Positions 1 through 12,624 of a stretch of 64,000 nucleotides of DNA are shown here, in pieces. The notes beneath the pieces are model-generated. The model did no database searches. It saw nothing but the letters and a program-made list of their open reading frames with translations, and was not told the DNA's origin. How positions within the stretch are numbered: the stretch's first letter is position 1; each line of letters opens with the position of its first letter. The translations under genes were made by a program, and so were the position numbers. The stretch comes from Octopus vulgaris (lineage: Eukaryota), in assembly GCA_951406725.2 (NCBI GenBank), contig OX597835.1, positions 24,738,001-24,802,000 on the forward strand, read 5' to 3'.

Positions 1-370
1 AATATAAGAATTAAGATAGAGACAAAACGTTTTCATTTTCTTTTTCCTTTCTTCAAAAGAAGAAAAAAAACGTGTTAAACCTGTTGATGTAAAGAACAAC
101 AAGGTGATAATGCTAAGATGGCGGAAAATAGGAACATAAGAAGAAGAATTAGAGATAAAGAGAGGAAGGTTTATAGGATTAAGATAATAAATTAATTGGT
201 TAATAAAGAAGTCAAAACATGTTTTAAATTCGAAAGAAAAGCGAAAAGTGTTTTAGTTGTATGTTTACCTTGAGTTGTTGTTGTAGCGATTTCTCTTGTA
301 GTTGTTGTTAGCTTTGTTGTTATTCCTGTTCATGTTGTTTTTGTTGTTGTTGTTGTTGATGTTTTACTTT

Positions 371-850
371 AGCCTAGTCGGTATGGTGCTGCGCAAGGCG
401 GCGAGCTGGTAGAGACGTTAGCACCCCGGGCAAAATACTTTGTGGTATTTCGTCCGCCGCTGCGACTTGAGTTCAAATTCCGCCTAGGTCAACTTTGCCT
501 TTCATCCTTTCGGGGTCGATAAATAAAGTACCAGTGACGCATTGGGGTCGATGTAATCGACTTAATCCGTTTGTCTGTACTTGTTTGTCCCCTCTATGTT
601 TAGCCCCTTAAGGGCAATAAAGAAATAGGTATGGTGCTGCGCAGACAATCATAAGGCCGAGTGTTGGATTCCTGGGCAGGGTCGCGCGTTGTGTTTCCTT
701 GAGCAAGACACTCCATCTCACTGACGCATTTCTACCCAGTCCACCCTGCTGAAAGTGAGTACGAGACCCAGTGCTGGTGCATGACCGTCTCTCCCTCCAT
801 GGAATGATAATATTGGGTTTACGGCTGTTTCGACGCTGGTGGTTTAACAC
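371..850 (+). mobile_element. Older degenerate tRNA-SINE interrupted by the family A insertion
   Basis: After removing 396-643 the sequence reads as a tRNA-like head followed by CCTTGAGCAAGACACT, a motif common in SINE bodies. Boundaries uncertain. Confidence 0.4.
396..627 (+). mobile_element. tRNA-derived SINE, family A, full-length monomer
   Basis: A-box-like AGCTGGTAGAGACGTTAG, B-box GAGTTCAAATTC, core GCCTTTCATCCTTTCGGGGTCGATAAA. Perfect 16-bp TSD GGTATGGTGCTGCGCA at 380-395 and 628-643. About 20 related copies in the window. Confidence 0.9.
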
Positions 851-1087
851 GATTGGTTGGAAATTAAGTGTGCTTTGGCCACAGTCCTTTTTTGTTACTG
901 GGGGCAAACAAACACACACACAGGTGCGCACACACCCACGTGCATGCAGAGGTTTACACATACAGATAGGATTAGGGATTGAATGAGGTGGAGGAGGGAG
1001 AGACATAGCAATTTATTAAATGGATGCGATTAACAAAAACACTTTCCATGTCCTCAGAAACATAAAAAGAAATATGTTCACACACAT

Positions 1088-1148
<61 letters not shown>

Positions 1149-1242
1149 AAGAGGAAGAAAGAAAAAGAGACAAAGAAAAGAACAAAGATACAGAAACAGA
1201 GAGAAAAAATAAAGGAAGAAAGAAAGAAAAAATAAATAAAGT

Positions 1243-1278
<36 letters not shown>

Positions 1279-1533
1279 AAGAAAGTAAAAATAAATAAAG
1301 AAAGAAAGAAACAAAGAAACAAAGAAACAAAGAGAAAGGAAGAAACAAAGATACAGAGAGAAATGGAGAGAAAGAGAAAGAGAAACATTAAAGGAGATCC
1401 CAGGTCAACTCTGATCCTCTAAACCCATGATCAAAGAGATCCTGACTGAAGCCGTCAGACTTTTTATCCAAATATAGTGCCCTTGTTTTTTTTAAGACTC
1501 TGATCTATTCATATAAATAATATAAATCTAAAA

Positions 1534-1923
1534 GGAGGCGCAATGGCCCAGTGGTTAGGGCAGCGGACTCGCGGTCATAGGATCGCGGTTTCGATTCCCA
1601 GACCGGGCGTTGTGAGTGTTTATTGAGCGAAAACACTTTAAGCTCCACGAGTCTCCGGCAGGGGATGGTGGTGATCCCTGCTGTACTCTTTCACCACAAC
1701 TTTCTCTCACTCTTACTTCTTGTTTCTGTTGTACCTGTATTTCAAGTGGCCGGCCTTGTCACTCTCTGTGTCACGCTGAATATCCCCGAGAACTACGTTA
1801 AGGGTGCACATCTCTGTGGAGTGCTCAGCCACTTACACGTTAATTTCACGAGCAGGCTGTTCCATTGATTCGGATCAACCGGAACCCTCATCGTCGCAAC
1901 CGACGGAGTGCTTCCATCCATCC
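1534..1923 (+). mobile_element. tRNA-derived SINE, family C, full length
   Basis: A-box TGGCCCAGTGG, B-box GGTTTCGATTCC, (TCCA)n tail. 12-bp TSD ATAAATCTAAAA at 1522-1533 and 1924-1935. Near-identical copy at 2304-2677. Confidence 0.92.
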
Positions 1924-2064
1924 ATAAATCTAAAACTATTTAACTGTAGTGCTATGCTGCCGGTCTTAAGACTCTAATCTATTCATATAAGTAATATAAA
2001 TCTAAAACTATTTAACTGTAGTGCTATGCTGCCGGTCTAACTAAAGATCTTTCTTATCGAAGGA

Positions 2065-2180
2065 TCGATCAAAAGGCCTTCCCGAGCCATCGGCTCATAA
2101 GACTCGTTTCCCTAATTCTGTGGCGTATATATATATTCCCGCACCCCTGGATGGGACGCCAGTCCGTCGCAGGAATACTC
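2065..2180 (-). mobile_element. Old SINE 3' fragment
   Basis: Minus strand reads CCTGCGACGGACTGGCGTCCCATCCAGGGG, a motif I recognise from many animal SINE bodies. Confidence 0.4.
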
Positions 2181-2303
2181 TATTTCTTGCATTACAAGGT
2201 GCTACCGAAACACCAGTGTTTTCAAAGTCCCCCTGTGTCACTAAATCATGTATGTTGTCAATATGCAGCATCTAAAGAGAAATGTTCTCCGAGGGTTAAA
2301 TAC

Positions 2304-2677
2304 GGCCCAGTGGTTAGGGCAGCGGATTCGCGGTCATAGGATCGCGGTTTCGATTCCCAGACCGGGCGTTGTGAGTGTTTATTGAGCGAAAACACCTAAA
2401 AGCTCCACGAGGCTCCGGCAGGGGATGGTGGTGATCCCTGCTGTACTCTTTCACCACAACTTTCTCTCACTCTTACTTCCTGTTTCTGTTGTACCTGTAT
2501 TTCAAGGGGCCGGCCTTGTCACTCTCTGTGTCACGCTGAATATCCCCGAGAACTACGTTAAGGGTGCACGTGTCTGTGGAGTGCTCAGCCACTTACACGT
2601 TAATTTCACGAGCAGGCTGTTCCGTTGATTCGGATCAACCGGAACCCTCATCGTCGTAACCGACGGAGTGCTTCCAC
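2304..2677 (+). mobile_element. SINE family C, slightly 5'-truncated
   Basis: Only a handful of differences from 1534-1923. Possible 5-bp TSD AATAC. Confidence 0.9.
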
Positions 2678-3344
2678 AATACAACAGCGATTATCATATA
2701 CACGTTCAAATCTGCAGAAACGTGCTAAGAAGGAATATGCAAATATTATTGTTTTGTTTCTTGCTGTTTTACGTACCCATAATAATTCACTGCCGATTTG
2801 GCCCCTATCAATAAAAATCAGCACCTACCAATAAATAATTCGTTTGCCGAATACCACAAACAAGAACTACCATTCTAGTTTAAAGGCAGCGATACAGCGG
2901 TAACCTTAAACTGATGAAGCGCAACGATGTTAAAACACCGACCTCTCAAAGCTTCACACCGCCACTGAAATCCTACATATTGTCAGCACACATCGTCAGA
3001 AGGGAGAAGCTGCTCTCCGAAGACAAAACATACCAGCGATTAGCATATTCATTCACATTGAAATCTGTCGGATTGTATTAAGACTAAATACGTACGCTAA
3101 TGTTGATTTTTCATGCTATTACGGCGGAGAGTTCCCTATCCACATCTCATTCTGTTCTTGCGTGTTTTGAAGACTAATCACGGCCATGGCACTTTATGTT
3201 ATCGTTTTGCACTATTTCCATTACATAGGATGATGTTTACTTCATCAGATTTTATTTTGTCTCTCGTGGGATACATTGAAATAATTTAACAACATCTGGG
3301 AAATTTTTTATCCAGTTGCGCACTTCTTTTAAGTTTTATTAGTG

Positions 3345-3462
<118 letters not shown>

Positions 3463-3589
3463 ATTATTATTATTATTATCATTTTTGCTGTTGTTTTTGT
3501 TATCATCGTCATCGTTATCCTCCTTCTCATCATCATCATCATCATTATTATTATTATTATTATTATTAAAGTGGTGAGTTGGCATATTA

Positions 3590-3892
3590 ATTTCTTTCTA
3601 TTCTAGGCACAAGGCCCGAAATTTTGGGGAGGGAGCCAGTCGATCAGATCGACCCCAGTACTTAACTGGTACTTAATTTATCGACCCCAAAGAATGAAAG
3701 GCAAAGTCGACCTCGGCGGAATTTGAACTCAGAACGTAACGGCAGACGAAATACCTATTTCTTTACTACCCAGAAGGGGCTAAACACAGAGGGGACAAAC
3801 AAGGACAGACAAACGGATTAAAGTCGAGTAAATCGACCCCCAGTGCGTAACTAGTACTTATTTAATCGACCCCGAAAGGAAGAAAGGCAAAG
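3590..3892 (-). mobile_element. SINE family A, dimeric form, 5'-truncated
   Basis: Two tandem cores joined at AAAGAAATA|GGTATTTCG, the same junction as in 36304-36672. Confidence 0.85.
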
Positions 3893-4459
3893 AGGAAGCG
3901 TAGTGATTTGGGGTTGCATGTTGTCTTCAGGCCTAGGAATGTTGATCACTTGTGAGAGCAGAATTAATTCCAACACTTACATAAGCATGTTAGATCAAGT
4001 TTATCAACCTTCCTTAGCTAATATTTTCAATGATAACATTCCAGACAGCGTAATCTTTCAACAAGACAATGCTCCATGTCACATATCCAGGGTCTCAATG
4101 GGTTGGTTTGAGGAGAAAGGGATGAGAATGATGAAATGGCCCCCTCGGTCCCACTGAATACTTGTATTCACATTAAAGGTACAAGAGTAAGGGCACAAAA
4201 ATGTTCTTCAAACAGCGAACTAGGAAACAAATTTCACGAAGAGTGGCAGAAAATTGACCCAGCTACTTGTGCCAACTTAGTTCCAAGTATGCAAGAACGT
4301 ATAAAAGCAGTTATAAAAGCAAAGGTGGGGACACATCAAATATCAATTATTGATGAGATCGACTCTAGAATGTTTATTAGACTGTTTTCAATTATTAAGT
4401 AAATAAGATTCAATCCTATTCTATATTTTTTCATGCCTGTTACATAATTTGGGCTGTGG

Positions 4460-4462
<3 letters not shown>
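3893..4462 (+). mobile_element. Tc1-family transposon 3' remnant (transposase pseudogene)
   Basis: ORFs 3903-4157 and 4136-4402 give VIWGCM...FQQDNAPCH...KWPPRS...SMQERIKAVIKAK, the Tc1 catalytic domain with a frameshift. Ends ...GGGCTGTGGGTG|TA like a Tc1 terminal repeat. Confidence 0.88.
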
Positions 4463-4495
<33 letters not shown>

Positions 4496-4500
<5 letters not shown>

Positions 4501-4668
4501 TAATCCAAACAAGAAAGCATAAAAAAACACAACAACGCGAAGACGTGGAACAAATATAGTATTATTGGACGCTCAGGAAAGAAGAAAAGAAGGAGGGTTT
4601 AACGTTTCGAGCGGAGCTCTTCGTCGGAAAGATCTAGAGAAGGGAAGACAGAGGAAAAAAAATCGCCA
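4496..4668 (-). mobile_element. Short hammerhead-containing repeat, family H1
   Basis: Reverse complement of 27913-28093 with a small deletion. Contains CCGACGA-A-GAGC-TCC-GCTC-GAAAC-GTT. Abuts (TA)n. Confidence 0.7.
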
Positions 4669-4675
4669 TATATTA

Positions 4676-5200
4676 GGCGCAGGCGTGGCTGTGTTGTAAG
4701 AAGTTTGCTTTCCAACCACATGGTTCGGGATTTAGTCCCGCTGAGTGGCACCTTGGACAAGTGTCGTGTACTATAGCCCCGGGCTGACCAAAGTCTTGTG
4801 AGTGGATTTGGTTGACAGAAACTGAAAGAAGCTCGTCGTATAAGTGGCTGTGTGGTAAGTAGCTTGCTAACCAACCACATGGTTCCGGGTTCAGTCCCAC
4901 TGCGTAGCATCTTGGGCAAGTGTCTTCTGCTATAGCCTCGGGCCGACCAATGCCTTGTAAGTGGATTTGATAGCGGAAACTGAAAGAAGCCTGTCGTATA
5001 TATGTATATATATGTATATGTGTGTATGTGTGTGTGTTTGTCCCCCTAGCATTGCTGGTGTGTTTACGTCCCCGTAACTTAGCGGTTCGGCAAAAGAGAC
5101 CGATAGAATAAGTACAGGGCTTACAATGAATAAGTCCCGGGGTCGATTTGCTCCAGCATGGCCGCAGTCAAATGACTGAAACAAGTAAAAGAGTAAAGAG

Positions 5201-5235
<35 letters not shown>

Positions 5236-5453
5236 CTGTGTATATATTTGTGGGTATGTTTGTTCTTCCCACCATCGCTTGATAACCGATGTTGGTGTGA
5301 TTACGTTTCCGTAAATTAGCGGTTCGTCAGAAGAGACCGATAGAATAAGCACCATGCTTACAAAGAATTAGTCTTGGGGGCGATTTCTTCGACAAAACGA
5401 CGTGCTCCAGCATGGCCACTGTCAAATGACTGAAACAAGTAAAATAATAAAAG
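4676..5453 (+). mobile_element. Cluster of SINE family B pieces (5' half 4676-4840, near-full 4843-5199, 3' half 5230-5453)
   Basis: Head GGCGCAGGCGTGGCTGTG, motif CCTTGGGCAAGTG, internal (TA/TG)n, tail CAGTCAAATGACTGAAACAAGTAAAAGA. Matches 63005-63418. Confidence 0.88.
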
Positions 5454-5602
5454 AATGTGTATGTGTGTGGTGGGGGGTCGTGTATGTACATGTTTGTGTG
5501 AGAAGACGTGTAATACACTGTATGGCCTGATTGTGATGTAGTTTGAGAGCGGTGCTCAAGCATGGCCGTAACCAGATGGTTTAACCTTGTTGAAGAGCGA
5601 CG

Positions 5603-5638
<36 letters not shown>

Positions 5639-5776
5639 GCTGGAACAGCATTTAAAAAACAGCGAGTTTTTTCAAATTGCGTAAAAGACTAGTCCTACTT
5701 TTTTTAATTAAAGGAAAACAAACAACAACTATATGTAACAATAACAACTGCAACAACAACAACTACTACTACAGCA

Positions 5777-5793
5777 ACAATGATAACGATAAT

Positions 5794-5886
<93 letters not shown>

Positions 5887-5923
5887 AATAATAATAATAA
5901 TAATAATAATGATGATAATAATA

Positions 5924-5964
<41 letters not shown>

Positions 5965-6001
5965 AATAATAATAATAATAATAATAATGATGATAATAAT
6001 A

Positions 6002-6048
<47 letters not shown>

Positions 6049-6067
6049 AATAATAATAATAATGATG

Positions 6068-6135
<68 letters not shown>

Positions 6136-6148
6136 CATCATCATCATC
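5777..6148. repeat. Compound (AAT)n/(GAT)n microsatellite
   Basis: Alternating AAT and GAT blocks seen directly. Confidence 0.97.
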
Positions 6149-6302
6149 CGTAAGAGAAACATGAATCATAATGGAACCATCCATCTAATCTGTAAGAAAT
6201 ATACATACATAATGTTTATCCTCATCTCTCTGTTTATCTGTCTCTCTGTCTTTGTCTCTCTCTCTCTCTCTCCCCATCTCTCTCTATGTATGTGCGTGTA
6301 TA

Positions 6303-6367
<65 letters not shown>

Positions 6368-6842
6368 GTGGATGGATGGGTGGGTGTTTACGCGTGTATT
6401 TGTAGTACATCAGTGATACACTGTAGCGTGATAACAGTGAAGTTTCCCTTGTTTATCTCCTCTGTATATATGTGAGTATGAATATATATGCATATGTATG
6501 TATATGTGAGTAAATATGCAAATATGCACACACACACACACATATATATATATATACACATACGTATATACGTAGATTACATAAGCTTATATTGAGATAA
6601 ATAAGGAAACTTATACAACGGATCCATAATTTATACACTCACGCAATACATACATATATACATACGTACATATATACATAACTGGCTCTCCGTCGGTTAG
6701 GGTGATGAGTGTTACTGCTGATCAAGCAAGTGGCTGAGTACTCCACAGATAAGTGTTCTCTTAACGTAGTTCCCAGGGAGATTCAACGTGGCATGCAGAA
6801 TATGACAAGACTGCCCTCTATGAATTACTGGTATGACACATT
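6368..6842. repeat. Source of a local inverted duplication (copy at 10508-11020)
   Basis: Near-identical reverse complement of 10508-11020. ORF-track entries 6453-6638(-) and 10749-10943(+) are nearly the same peptide. Confidence 0.9.
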
Positions 6843-6978
6843 ACTATCAGCTGAGCGGACTGAAACAACGTGCAAAAAACGGTATCTGGTTCGTAGACAG
6901 AACACGCCTCCAGGAATCTAATTCATAACCTTACAATCGCTAGACGAATACCCTAACCACAAAGCCACGCGCCTTCAC
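6682..6978 (-). mobile_element. Older SINE related to family C
   Basis: Minus-strand head GGCGCGTGGCTTTGTGGTTAGGG and 3' part CTGTGGAGTACTCAGCCAC...AACCGACGGAG, similar to 1534-1923. Confidence 0.7.
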
Positions 6979-7164
6979 ATATAGATATATGCATGCATGC
7001 ATACATACATACATACATATATACATACTTGTAGATAAAATTAGTAAATGAAAACCATTGTTGTTTACATACATATTCCAGCTGCTTCATCAATTGAATT
7101 TCTGGCTTATTGAAATGTGGTGCCAAAATGGTTGAATATTCCATAGTTATTTCAACTCAGCGCT

Positions 7165-7343
7165 GAGTCTGAAATGTAACGGAAAATAGGTCAGTTTCCC
7201 AACATTGGTATCCAAATCACAAAAGACAAGTTTGAAGGGAATAGTAGTCACTTCCTTTGATTCCTAGATGGAAACAAATAAGAAATAACACTTGCTAACC
7301 ACAGACAAAAATAAATAAATAAAAACTTTGTTACACAGTGTTA
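7165..7343. mobile_element. Right end of a non-autonomous DNA transposon
   Basis: Similar to 34215-34392. Ends TGTTACACAGTGTTA, the reverse complement of the left end at 33942. Confidence 0.6.
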
Positions 7344-9041
7344 TTTGTTGTTTATTTTAATTTGTAGAATTCAATTTCTGTTGTGGTCAACTTCGATTTT
7401 TGTCCTTCCAGGGCCGATGAAGAAGGTACTGCTCAAATACTTCAGAGTTAGAAGGGAGACTGAAATTGTCGATGAATTCATAGGGTCTTAGAGAAAATCA
7501 ATGCTTGCTAGAATGTATGCTCTGTTTCAGCTACAAAAACCTTTCAATTGTCTACTAGAATTCATATGAATTAATAAACAAAAAAAAGTACCTGCTTCTT
7601 ACCGTTTGGCACGGTGTGTATAGACAAAGTGAAGGGGAAATAGGTAACAACTTTTTCAATTTTTCACTGGTTGTGATAACGAAAAGATTTCCCTAAGGTG
7701 AACTGATTTGATTAATCTGAACCGAGATTTACCATGATTCTACTCAGGCTCCGGCACTGAACGTATGCTATATTCACAGACATCTCCAAAGTAAGTAGAC
7801 ATTATCATTTTTTTTTCTTAAAAAAACAAAAAGGTTTATTTCTAGAAACAAAATAATACCATTTGATGTATTTTAATACATGATCGAGTATTTAGTAGAC
7901 ATGCCTTGTGCAATGTTTAGTGTCTTAAATAATTTAGGTATTGTACTATTGAGTTGTATCGACATAGATAAAACAGTAGAATGAAGAGGTGTCTATTTAT
8001 TTTTGAGCTATACCTGTGAGTGATTTACAGAATATTTTAAAAAGGAAATTTGTATCAAGAAATTGAGCTAGGGATATGTCTAAACAGCTGCGGGATGTAT
8101 GTCCAACACACCTGGATTAGTCGAAGACTGGTACATTATTTTATCGACTTTGGTGGGATAACGAAATAAATTTGTTGATTTCAATGAAATCCGAACTCAA
8201 AACGTAAAGAGCCGGAGCTAATACCGCAAACACTTTTGCCCAACGCTCCAACGCTTCTAACGACGCCATTTTACTATCTTACAAAAGAGATGTTACGTCA
8301 TTTGTCAGGGGATTTATTTTTGACTAATAGCCGTGTCAATTCTACGTTTAACACACAAATTATATATAAATATTATATTCATGTTTGTACTACGTGTGTG
8401 TGTATGTGCGTGTCGGTATGCCAGCTTTCATGTGTACGGGTATCTGCACACGATTGTGGACGTCTTAGGAAGAGGAGAGGGGAGACAACTGATGTTTAGT
8501 TTTCTGATTTCCTTTTGCGCTTTGTTTGGGCCTTGTTATTGTTTTTGATGTAATAATGCCTTTGCTCTATTTCTTATTTTTTATTAATATTCTTGTTCAT
8601 AATTGTTTTTTTTTTCCTTTCTGCTTGTAAACTCTAAGGCTGTATGCATGCATACGTGTGTGTGTTTGTGTGTTATATGCGCGCGTTTCTGTTTTTTTCT
8701 CTCTATTTCGTCATTTGTTTAACAAATCAAGCAAATTTGTATAAAGTTTGAGGCGAAGAAAAGGCGAAGTTAGTCTAAAGAGATTAAAGAAGAGACAACT
8801 GAAGCGAACTGAAGCGACGGTCTTACGTAAACAAACAACAATTGTTGAAGCCATGAAGATGATAAAACATGAAAGAGGGAGCGAAAAAGGGAGGAGGGAA
8901 GGTTTATACGCACGCATACGCACGCATACACACAAACACACACACACACACATACAGAAAGAAGGATAGACAGATAGACAGACGGATAGATAGACGGATG
9001 CATGGAGGGATAGATAGATAGAGACAGAGAGACAGTCAGAC

Positions 9042-9130
<89 letters not shown>

Positions 9131-9597
9131 CAGATAGAGAGACAGACAAAGAGAAGACGGATGTACAGAAAAGCAGACAGACAAGCAGATATATAGGCAG
9201 ATAGTTAGATAGATATATAGATAGAGAGAGAGAGAGAGGGGGGGAGAGGGAGAGAGAAAGAGATGAACGACGGGGAGGGTACGGAGACATGAGGGAATGC
9301 AGATCAAAGCAAAAAAAGATGTTTGAAAAGATCAAAAGATCTGTAGAAATAAGCAACTACAATTTGACACGATGTCGCCAACGAAACGACTGCAGAATAT
9401 GACGACAAACAGATAGGATAGTATGAGGGGGGAGGAGAAAGAGAAAGAGAGAGTGAGTGAGTGAGTAAAAGAGAGAGAGAATGGTACAAAAGAGAAAATA
9501 AGACATCAGTGACAAATAGAAGAAACAGAACAGAACGAAGTGAAAACAAGACATTAGTGTTCAAATAAGGTTATGGAAAATTGTGGACAAGACACAT

Positions 9598-9911
<314 letters not shown>

Positions 9912-9913
<2 letters not shown>

Positions 9914-10105
9914 CCTTTCTACTAAAGGCACAAGGCCTGAAATTTTGGAGAAGAAAACGAATCGACTACATCGATCGCAGTGTTTCACTGGTACTTAATT
10001 TATCGACCCCTGAAGGATAAAAGGAAAAGTCGACCTGGCAGAATTTGAACTCAGAACGTTAAGACGAACGAAATATCGCTAAGCATTCTACCAGTTCGCC
10101 ACCTT
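9912..10105 (-). mobile_element. SINE family A
   Basis: Core and tail CAGGCCTTGTGCCTTTAGTAGAAAGG(ATT)n on the minus strand. Confidence 0.85.
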
Positions 10106-10145
10106 ATAAAAACAACAACAACAACGACGACGAACGACGACGACG

Positions 10146-10177
<32 letters not shown>

Positions 10178-10507
10178 AACAACAATAATGTGGCTCTGAT
10201 GACTTTTGATCTTAACTGATTGGAAGTATTTTCATGTACATTGTTTTGTCTTGGTATAAAAGATGGGCTACAGCAAATATTCTGCTCAACACCACAGATT
10301 TGCTTGTCAGTTGTTTGACCTTAACCAGTTGAGCATGTCCCTTAATGGCTGACGATATGTGCATCTCTGATCACGAGCAGAAGTAGTGGAGGAACATCAT
10401 AACCATCTGTTGAGAGGAATTCTATGGAGCTTGAATAATTCATCTCTGGAAACATGGTGTTTTGTTCATCATCCTTAAATAGGATGTGTCATACCAGTAA
10501 TACCAAC

Positions 10508-10689
10508 AATGTGTCATACCAGTAATTCATAGGGGCCAGCCTTGTCACATTCTGTATGCCACGTTGAATCTCCCTGGGAACTACTTTAAGAGAACACTTA
10601 TCTGTGGAGTACTCAGCCACTTGCTTGACCAACAGTAACATTCATCGTCCTAACCGACGGAGAGCCAGTTATGTATATATGTATGTATG

Positions 10690-10723
<34 letters not shown>

Positions 10724-11020
10724 TGTATGTATGTATTTATATGCGTGAATGTATAAATTATGGATCCGTTGCATAAGTTGTTTCCTTATTTATCTCAATA
10801 TAAGCTTATGTAATCTACGTATATACGTATGTGTATATATATATATATGTGTGTGTGTGTGTGCATATTTGCATATTTACTCACACATACATACATATGC
10901 ATATATACTCATACTCATATACACAGAGGAGATAAACAAGTGAAACTTCACCGTTATCACGCTACAGTGTATCACTGATGTACTACAAATACATACGTAA
11001 ACACCCACCCATCTATCCAC
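10508..11020. repeat. Inverted copy of 6368-6842
   Basis: Reverse-complement identity. An 18-bp junction duplicate ATGTGTCATACCAGTAAT sits at 10484-10501 and 10509-10526. Confidence 0.9.
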
Positions 11021-11271
11021 TATTCAGGGACCGTTTGAGCAGGATTCTAAACTGAAAATTCTAACTGGGTCCCACCCGCAAGGTCATGCACTGTTTATCT
11101 TGATATGAGACCATCATGTCGCCCACATATGGTTGCGATGCATGTACCTGGTGTACGCTTATCAGACGGGTAGTCATGATGGGTATACTTCGTATATTTT
11201 ACTCCAGTGTCACTTTGATGGCATGCACTGCTCTCTCACTCAATAATAATAATAATAATAAAGTAATAATA

Positions 11272-11430
11272 ATCCTTTCTCCTATAGGCACAAGGCCTGG
11301 AATTTGTGGGGGGAAGGAATAGTCGATTACATGGACCCCTGTGTTTCACTAGTACTTCCAAAAGGATGAAAGCCAAAGTCAACCTCGGCGGAATTTGAAC
11401 TCAGAACGTAGCGACGAGTGAAATACCGCA
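11272..11430 (-). mobile_element. SINE family A, partial
   Basis: AAAGTCAACCTCGGCGGAATTTGAACTCAGAACG with the tail next to (AAT)n. Further degenerate minus-strand copies at about 8125-8270, 11815-12010 and 12645-12800. Confidence 0.8.
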
Positions 11431-12038
11431 AACTTCTTACCTCAGCCACGTCTGTGAATAATAAAACATTGTGTACAACTAGCTTCTGTTGGGTTAAATT
11501 AATGTCTATTTTGCAAAATATACGAAATTGTCATCAGTAAGACATCTTTCGTTGTAAAGGGGATTGGATGAGCTCAAAAAACAAAGCTGAGCACCATTGA
11601 TTTAAGATATTAGTGATGAAATAGAACATAAAGAGCTGGCATAAATATCGCATGACAGTTTGTCCTAAGCGCCAAAGATTTGCTATAGATTTAGTCACCA
11701 GGACAACAATTTTCAAGGCTGAGGTATCATCGGCCTCCGTGCTAAACGACTATGGAGGATATGAAGTTAAAAGCTGACTTTGACGGAAATGGACAACAAT
11801 AATGGTTTCTTGTTGAAGCACAAGACCAGCAACTTTGAGGAGAAAAAGTTAGTCAATGCTATCGACCACGGTACTGGGCAGGGATTTTATTTTATTGACA
11901 TCCGGAAGAATAAAAGCCAAAGATAACCTCAGCGGGATTTGGACTGAGAACGTAAAGCCACGGACGAAATACCGTACGTCATTTTCTTCGACGGCTAGTG
12001 ATTCTGCAGATCTATCAAATTCTTTTTTTTTTTTTTTT

Positions 12039-12172
12039 CGTTTTGTATTTGGTTTGTACGATTCTTTATGTGAATTCGTGTGTTGAGGCATATTTTATTG
12101 TGTCTGGGGAGGGTCATTCTCTTTTAGTGCCTTATTACTTAACACACTCACCGGTTCGATTTCCACTCATTT
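12039..12172 (+). repeat. Unclassified interspersed repeat, family U
   Basis: GTGAATTCGTGTGTTGAGGCATATTTTATTGTGTCTGGGGAGGGTCATT, also at 16802-17256, 53694-54124 and 54454-55057. Confidence 0.75.
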
Positions 12173-12177
12173 ACTTA

Positions 12178-12373
12178 CTCTTTTACTCGCTTCAGTCATT
12201 TGACTGTGTCCATGCTGGAGCACCGCCTTCAATAAAACAAATTAACCCCAGAACTTATTCTTTGCAACCCTAGTACTTATTCTGTCGGTCTCTTTGCCGA
12301 ACCGCTAAGTTACGGGAACGTAAACACACCAACATCGATGGTCAAGCGATGGTGGGGGAACAAACACAGACAC

Positions 12374-12461
<88 letters not shown>

Positions 12462-12624
12462 GATGGGATTCTATCAGTTTCTGTCTACCAAATCCACTCA
12501 CAAAGCTTTGGTCGACCCGAGGCTATAGTAGAAGACACTTGGCCCAAAATACCACACTGTGGGACTGAACTCGGAACCATGTGGTTGGGAAGTAAGCTTC
12601 TTACCACACAGCCACTCCTGCGCC
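12178..12624 (-). mobile_element. SINE family B, full length
   Basis: Reverse complement of 63005-63418 with an expanded internal (CA)n(TA)n. Confidence 0.9.

Noticed and set aside
1534-1610. tRNA gene
   Set aside because: The tRNA-like head lacks an acceptor stem and continues into a SINE body flanked by TSDs.
4496-4840. H1 plus SINE B as one composite element (both H1 copies abut SINE B)
   Set aside because: SINE B lies on opposite ends of H1 at the two loci, so the adjacency is probably shared target preference or chance.
11534-11750. Minus-strand 60-aa ORF in unique DNA as an exon
   Set aside because: No recognisable motif and only a weak acceptor. Length is within chance expectation.
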